From a bacterium (lineage in GTDB: Bacteria > Patescibacteriota > Minisyncoccia > UBA6257 > HR35), in the NCBI GenBank assembly GCA_041640295.1, contig JBEQAR010000002.1, positions 38,101 to 102,100 of the forward strand: a stretch of DNA of 64,000 nucleotides. Direction: 5' to 3'. The notes under the pieces were generated by a model. That model worked only from the letters and a program-made list of their open reading frames with translations. It was not told where the DNA came from and searched no databases. Both the position numbers and the translations under genes were made by a program. Below, in pieces: positions 59,092 to 64,000 of this stretch. Every line of letters starts with the position of its first letter. Position 1 is the stretch's first letter.

Positions 59092-60546
59092 ATGCTAAAT
59101 CCAGAACTTAAATTAAATCCAAAAATTTTTGATCAAGATGTTGAGCAAAAGCCGATAAGAGATGGTTATGGTGATGCTTTAGTTGAACTTGGAGAAAAAA
59201 ATCCTAATGTTGTTGTTTTAACGGCTGATTTGGCTGAATCAACAAGAGCTCATAAGTTTGCCGAGAAATGGCCAGAAAGATTTATTGAGTGCGGAGTTGC
59301 TGAACAAAATATGGCGGGAATTGCTGCTGGCCTTGCTGTTTCTGGAAAAATTCCTTTTATTTCTTCTTATGCAACTTTTTCTCCTGGTAAAAACTGGGAA
59401 ACAATAAGAACAACAATAATATATAATGATGCAAATGTAAAAATTGCAGGCCATCATTCTGGAATTGTTACTGGTCCTGATGGGGCTACGCACCAGGCAA
59501 CAGAGGATATTGCTATTACAAGATGTTTGCCAAATATAAAAGTTATTTCTCCGTGTGATTACTTCGAAGCAAAAAAAGCAACTTTATATTCAGCTGAAAC
59601 TTATGGACCATTTTATATAAGATATGTAAGAGATAAAACGCCAGTAATTACTACTGAAGAAACACCGTTTAGATTTGGAAAGATTGAATGTTTTTGGTTA
59701 CCGCGGATTAACACGGATAAGACACGGATTGACGCGGATGATGCACGAATAGATGCGGATAAAAATTTATTATATGAGGATTTGACTTATCAATTGAGAA
59801 ATATATTTTTTACAGTATATAACAAAGTAGGAGGTGGTCATAAGGAAATAATTTATAAAAATAGTGTAGAAAATGAGTTAAAAGGTAGAGGGATCAGTTA
59901 TTCAAGGGAACCGGCAATAGAAATAAAGTATAAAGATCAAGCAGCAGGAGTATATAGACCAGATTTTATTATAGATGGAAAAATAATAATTGAAATTAAA
60001 GCTGATAGAAAATTAATCAAAGAGCACATACGTCAAGCCTTTTCTTATCTAAAAGCATCTCCGTATAAATTACTCTTGCTTGTAAATTTTGGATATACAA
60101 AGCTAGAAATAAAAAGGTTTATAGATATGAAAAAATCTAATCCGCGTGAATCCGTGTTCATAGATCCGCGTAGATCCGCGGTAGCTATTTTTTCGACGGG
60201 GCATTTGGTTTATCAAGCGCTGCTTGCAGCTAAAGAATTAGAAGAAGAGGGAATCGATATTTGCGTTTTAAATGTTCATACAATAAAGCCCTTAGATGAA
60301 GAAAAAATTTTAGACGTTGCCAGTAAAGTTAAAGGGATTGTTACCTTGGAGGATCATCAGGTACACGGTGGATTAGGAAGTGCCATTGCTGAAGTCATTG
60401 TTCAAAAAAGTGAGTCTAAACCAAAAATGCTCTTTCTTGGTCTTCAAGATACTTTTGGTGAATCAGGAAAACCTGATGAATTAATCAAAAAATACGGAAT
60501 GGATAAGGAAGCTGTTAAAAATGCTGTTAAAAAATTATTATCTTAA
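59092..60546 (+). CDS. Transketolase C-terminal subunit carrying an in-frame GxxExxY nuclease insertion
   Basis: ECGVAEQNM, GPDGATHQ, HTIKPLD and EDH...GGLG motifs; about 155 extra codons at 59701-60165. Confidence 0.93.
   Translation: MLNPELKLNPKIFDQDVEQKPIRDGYGDALVELGEKNPNVVVLTADLAESTRAHKFAEKWPERFIECGVAEQNMAGIAAGLAVSGKIPFISSYATFSPGKNWETIRTTIIYNDANVKIAGHHSGIVTGPDGATHQATEDIAITRCLPNIKVISPCDYFEAKKATLYSAETYGPFYIRYVRDKTPVITTEETPFRFGKIECFWLPRINTDKTRIDADDARIDADKNLLYEDLTYQLRNIFFTVYNKVGGGHKEIIYKNSVENELKGRGISYSREPAIEIKYKDQAAGVYRPDFIIDGKIIIEIKADRKLIKEHIRQAFSYLKASPYKLLLLVNFGYTKLEIKRFIDMKKSNPRESVFIDPRRSAVAIFSTGHLVYQALLAAKELEEEGIDICVLNVHTIKPLDEEKILDVASKVKGIVTLEDHQVHGGLGSAIAEVIVQKSESKPKMLFLGLQDTFGESGKPDELIKKYGMDKEAVKNAVKKLLS
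59699..59760 (+). repeat. Left arm: six tandem ACRCGGAT-like units
   Basis: Units start at 59701, 59711, 59722, 59732, 59743 and 59753. Confidence 0.9.
60139..60183 (-). repeat. Right arm: four inverted units (ATCCGYGK)
   Basis: Units start at 60140, 60150, 60164 and 60174; includes the perfect tandem TAGATCCGCG x2. Confidence 0.9.
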
Positions 60547-60582
60547 ATATTATGTTCTCATTAGTCCATAGGAAAAAAATTT

Positions 60583-60761
60583 AAAAAAAGATTATTAAAC
60601 TATACAATAATTTTAGAACCAGCCGAAGAAAGTGGTTATGTTGTTATTTACCAGCTTTGCCAGGCTGTGTTACACAAGGAGGTACATTTTAAGAAGCTTT
60701 AGAAATTGCTAAAGATGCTATTTGGGGATATTTAGAATTTTTAAAACTATTAAAAGAATAA
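60583..60761 (+). pseudogene. HicB family antitoxin pseudogene
   Basis: LNYTIILEPAEESGYVVI / frameshift / PALPGCVTQGGTF*EALEIAKDAIWGYLE; no usable ATG seen. Confidence 0.85.
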
Positions 60762-61040
60762 TTATATTATTAATATAAAAATATAGAATGCCTATTCTAA
60801 AAATTTACACGCTTCAGTATAATTAATATCATTTATTTTTATAATACCAGGCTTTTTACTAATTTAGTTTTATTATCTTAATAAATAAAATTTAAAATCT
60901 CCTTATTCATTAATGTTTATCATAATTAAAATTTTAAAAACGTGGATTTTTATTTGAATTTTAAAATTAAGCGAAAATAGGGTAAAATTAATTTGAAATA
61001 GTTAAAAATAAAGGTCGTTAATTAAATTTATTTTATAAAA

Positions 61041-61322
61041 ATGGTTATTTCGGTAATAAAAAGCGATGGTAATGTAGAAGATTTCAATATCGCTAAACTA
61101 AAAAAATCAATTGAAAATGCAGCTTTGGATGCTGGTTATGAAGAAGATAAAGTATTTCAAATTGTTGAGGATGTTAGCCAATATGTTTTAGAATCAATTA
61201 ATGATTTAGAAAGAGTTGATACAAAATCTATCAGAGATTTGATTTTAAATAAACTTGATCAAGATTATCCTAATATTGCTAAAGCTTGGCGTGATTATGA
61301 CTCTCAAGTAAAAAATCAATGA
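61041..61322 (+). CDS. Stand-alone ATP-cone domain protein
   Basis: VIKSDGNVEDFNIAKL..SI..A...IRDLIL..L......A. Confidence 0.88.
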   Translation: MVISVIKSDGNVEDFNIAKLKKSIENAALDAGYEEDKVFQIVEDVSQYVLESINDLERVDTKSIRDLILNKLDQDYPNIAKAWRDYDSQVKNQ

Positions 61323-62950
61323 GTGATGATTTAAAAAATAAGGTTAAGAATTTAATTGAAGGTGATTTATTAGAAACAAGTTATGAAGAATTTAGTTATG
61401 ACAAAAGTCTCTTTAAAATAACTCCGCAGTTTGTTATTTTTCCCAAAAACGAAGAGGATATTAAAAAATTAGTCAATTTCGCTCGAGTAAATAATCTTTA
61501 TCTTACTGCTAGATCAGCTGGGACTGATATGTCTGGTGGTGCGCTTTCTGATTCAATTTTACTTGTTTTTACTAAATACTTTAATAAGATATTTGAAATT
61601 AACGAAACTGAAAAATATGTTATTCTCCAGCCAGGAGTATATTTCCGCGATTTAGAAAAAGAATTGACCAAATATAATTTGCTTATGCCCGCTTATCCTG
61701 CTTCAAAAGAATTATGTGCTATTGGTGGAATGGTTGCGAATAATTCTGGGGGAGAAAAAACAATTAAATATGGAAAGATAGAAAAATATGTTTTAGGTTT
61801 AAATGTTATTTTAGCTGATGGTAATGAATATTACTTTGAAAAAGTAACAGGTGAGAGATTAAAAGAAAAATTATCACTCAAAAATTTTGAAGGTGAAATT
61901 TACCGTCAAATTTATCAGCTAATTAAAAATAATTTAGAATTGATAAGAAACTCCAAACCAAAAGTTTCTAAAAATTCAGCCGGTTATAATATTTGGGATG
62001 TTTACGGTCAAGAAAATAATGAGGAATATTTAGACTTAACTAAAATTTTCGTCGGCGCTCAAGGAACATTAGGAATTATTACTAAAATTAAATTAGCCTT
62101 AATAGAAAAACCTCAAATTAATAAATTAGTAGTTATTTTTCTAAAAAATATTAATCAAATCAATCAAATATTAGACGAATTGCTTAAATTGCAACCTGAT
62201 AGTTTAGAAATTACCGATGATCATACTTTTAAAATATTTATGAAATATTTTAGAGAGATGGCTGAAATATTAGGTTTTAAGGGTATTTTTTCAAACTTAA
62301 AGTTATTTTTGCCAGAGATTAAACTTATTATTACTAAAGGTATTCCTAAATTAATTATTCTTGTTGAATTTGAAAGCAATAGCGAGGAAGAAATTAATAA
62401 AAAAATTAACCAATTGATTTCCTTTAACAAAATAAATAAAATCAATACTATTGTTTGTCAAAATGAAATTGAAAAACAAAAGTATTGGAAGATTAGAAGA
62501 GACACTTATAAATTATTGAGAGAAAAAATTAAAGATAGAATCGCTGCTCCTTTTATTGATGATTTAATAGTTGATCCCCATTATTTTTCTGAATATTTAC
62601 CTCAGCTAATTTCTCTTTTAGATAAATATAATTTCCTTTATACTATTTCAGGACATTTGGGTGACGGTAATCTACATATCATCCCGCTTTTAAATATTAA
62701 AAATGAAAAAGACAAAATTTTTCCAGCAATGGAAGAAATTTATAATTTGACTTTGAAATACAACGGTTCAATTACTGCGGAACATAATGATGGTTTAATT
62801 CGTGGTTGGTATTTGGAAAAAATGTTTGGTACAGAAGTGTTTAATATTTTTTGTGAAATCAAGAAAATTTTTGATCCGTATAATATTTTCAATCGTTACA
62901 AAAAAATTCAAGCAACAAAAGAATATTCTTTTTCTCACTTAATTTCTTAA
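61319..62950 (+). CDS. FAD-linked oxidase (GlcD/D-lactate dehydrogenase-like)
   Basis: RSAGTDMSG, IGGMVANN, GTLGIIT, GHLGDGNLH, AEHNDG. Confidence 0.9.
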   Translation: MSDDLKNKVKNLIEGDLLETSYEEFSYDKSLFKITPQFVIFPKNEEDIKKLVNFARVNNLYLTARSAGTDMSGGALSDSILLVFTKYFNKIFEINETEKYVILQPGVYFRDLEKELTKYNLLMPAYPASKELCAIGGMVANNSGGEKTIKYGKIEKYVLGLNVILADGNEYYFEKVTGERLKEKLSLKNFEGEIYRQIYQLIKNNLELIRNSKPKVSKNSAGYNIWDVYGQENNEEYLDLTKIFVGAQGTLGIITKIKLALIEKPQINKLVVIFLKNINQINQILDELLKLQPDSLEITDDHTFKIFMKYFREMAEILGFKGIFSNLKLFLPEIKLIITKGIPKLIILVEFESNSEEEINKKINQLISFNKINKINTIVCQNEIEKQKYWKIRRDTYKLLREKIKDRIAAPFIDDLIVDPHYFSEYLPQLISLLDKYNFLYTISGHLGDGNLHIIPLLNIKNEKDKIFPAMEEIYNLTLKYNGSITAEHNDGLIRGWYLEKMFGTEVFNIFCEIKKIFDPYNIFNRYKKIQATKEYSFSHLIS

Positions 62951-62982
62951 CTTATCTTTGATATAATTTAATTGTTAATTTT

Positions 62983-63053
62983 TGCCGGGTCGTCTAATGG
63001 TAGGACACGAGGCTCTGGACCTCGGAATCTAGGTTCGAATCCTAGCCCGGCAG
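62983..63053 (+). tRNA. tRNA-Gln(CTG)
   Basis: CGAGG-CTCTGGA-CCTCG anticodon arm. Confidence 0.94.
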
Positions 63054-63064
63054 AAAAACAATAT

Positions 63065-63135
63065 TGCGGGGTGGTGTAACGGTAGCACAGCGGCCTTTGG
63101 AGCCGTTAGTCTTGGTTCGAATCCAAGCCCCGCAG
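63065..63135 (+). tRNA. tRNA-Gln(TTG)
   Basis: GCGGC-CTTTGGA-GCCGT anticodon arm. Confidence 0.94.
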
Positions 63136-63144
63136 CAATTAATT

Positions 63145-63597
63145 ATGAGAAAAAACAATAAAGTAGCAATTTATTGTGCTTTTAAAGAAAAAGGAGAAAT
63201 TTTTTATATCCTCGTCCAAAGAAGTAAAAAGCGAGGTGGGTTTTGGCAAGGAATTACAGGTGGAGAAGAGGACTTTGATAATAATGATTTAAATAAAACA
63301 GTTATTAGGGAAATAAAAGAAGAACTAGGTATAAATATTTCAAAAAAACAAATTTTCCCAATACCCTATTCTTTTAAATTTATAAACAGAAAAGGCGTTA
63401 AAGAAACAGAATATTGTTTTGGAGTAATTTTATCTTTAAAGCAGAAGAAAAATATTAGCCTTTCAGATGAACACACTGCTATTATTTATTCAAAAGATCC
63501 AAAATACTTAATATCTCTTTTGAAATTTAAAGAAAATAAAATTGGATTCAAAAAATTCACTAAATTGTTGAAAGAGAGGCTTGAATATTTAAATTAA
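63145..63597 (+). CDS. NUDIX hydrolase
   Basis: WQGITGG...REIKEELGI Nudix box; start moved to ATG 63145, after the tRNA. Confidence 0.88.
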   Translation: MRKNNKVAIYCAFKEKGEIFYILVQRSKKRGGFWQGITGGEEDFDNNDLNKTVIREIKEELGINISKKQIFPIPYSFKFINRKGVKETEYCFGVILSLKQKKNISLSDEHTAIIYSKDPKYLISLLKFKENKIGFKKFTKLLKERLEYLN

Positions 63598-63628
63598 AAA
63601 TTATCAAATTACCTAATAAATATTTTCT

Positions 63629-64000
63629 ATGAAAACAATTGGTTTTTGTGGATTGCCTAATTCTGGTAAATCAACATTTTTAAAGCTTATAACTCAAACA
63701 GAAACTTTAATTGCTAATTATCCATTTACAACAATATCACCCAAATTAGCTAAAGGTTATTTTAAATCCGATAATTTATTAAAACTTCATTCTTTAACCA
63801 AAACACCACAATTAATTCCTGCTCATCTTAATTTTTTAGATGTTCCCGGTTTAATTCGTGGTTCTCACAAGGGTTTAGGTTTAGGAAATGAATTTTTAAG
63901 CTATTTAAGACAAGCTGATGTTGTTTTAGAGATTGTAAGAAATTTTAAAAGAGAAGATGTTATTCATAGTGAAGGAAAAATTGATCCCGAAAGAGATATT
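63629..64000 (+). CDS. ychF: YchF/Obg family P-loop NTPase (truncated by the window edge)
   Basis: GLPNSGKST, ANYPFTTI, DVPGL..G...G.GLGNEFL. Confidence 0.85.
   Translation, partial: MKTIGFCGLPNSGKSTFLKLITQTETLIANYPFTTISPKLAKGYFKSDNLLKLHSLTKTPQLIPAHLNFLDVPGLIRGSHKGLGLGNEFLSYLRQADVVLEIVRNFKREDVIHSEGKIDPERDI

Larger units (their letters stand above)
59699..60183 (+). mobile_element. Inverted-repeat-bounded intervening element encoding a GxxExxY PD-(D/E)XK domain
   Basis: GHKEIIY and RPDFIIDGKIIIEIK motifs; ends TACCGCGGAT ... ATCCGCGGTA. Mobility is inferred. Confidence 0.8.

Noticed and set aside
59699-59760. CRISPR array
   Set aside because: Units are 8 nt with 2-3 nt gaps, there are no spacers, and no cas genes are in the window.
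59701-60165. Intein or group I/II intron as the explanation for the transketolase insert
   Set aside because: No Cys/Ser-initiated block A, no terminal His-Asn, no LAGLIDADG or RT domain, and the non-nuclease part is too short for a ribozyme core.
56641-60761. tRNA-Gly-anchored integrative island
   Set aside because: The accessory genes lie on the 5' side of the tRNA, no duplicated tRNA 3' end was found, and there is no integrase.
63064-63144. N-terminal extension of the NUDIX ORF
   Set aside because: It is a translation of tRNA-Gln(TTG); the real start is ATG 63145.

Overview
Very AT-rich bacterial chromosome segment. The 16S signatures, gene repertoire and unlinked rRNA genes point to Patescibacteria/CPR, most likely a Parcubacteria-like lineage (inference). 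It is mostly housekeeping: recA, ssb, ribosomal protein genes, rpoA, nusA, ileS, hisS, proS, gyrB, ftsA, two mreB paralogs with mreCD-mrdA, clpP, htrA, gatA, isolated 5S and 16S rRNA genes and eight tRNAs. It also encodes several surface or pilin-like proteins. The accessory hotspot is the split transketolase locus (56.8-60.8 kb), which carries VapBC and HicBA modules, a HicB pseudogene and a decayed duplicate of the tktC 5' end. Most striking is an in-frame intervening element inside the transketolase C-terminal gene: a GxxExxY PD-(D/E)XK nuclease domain bracketed by inverted arrays of an 8-nt unit (consensus ACRCGGAT, about 10.5-bp spacing on the left), with matched in-frame CCG codons at the two ends. 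Other notable points: the 16S rRNA lacks the CCUCC anti-Shine-Dalgarno tail; an RGTCG motif recurs 23-29 nt upstream of five start codons; infC needs a non-canonical (probably CTG) start; RpoA has no alpha-CTD; and IleRS carries an inserted histidine-phosphatase domain. All calls were made by eye, with no database searches.
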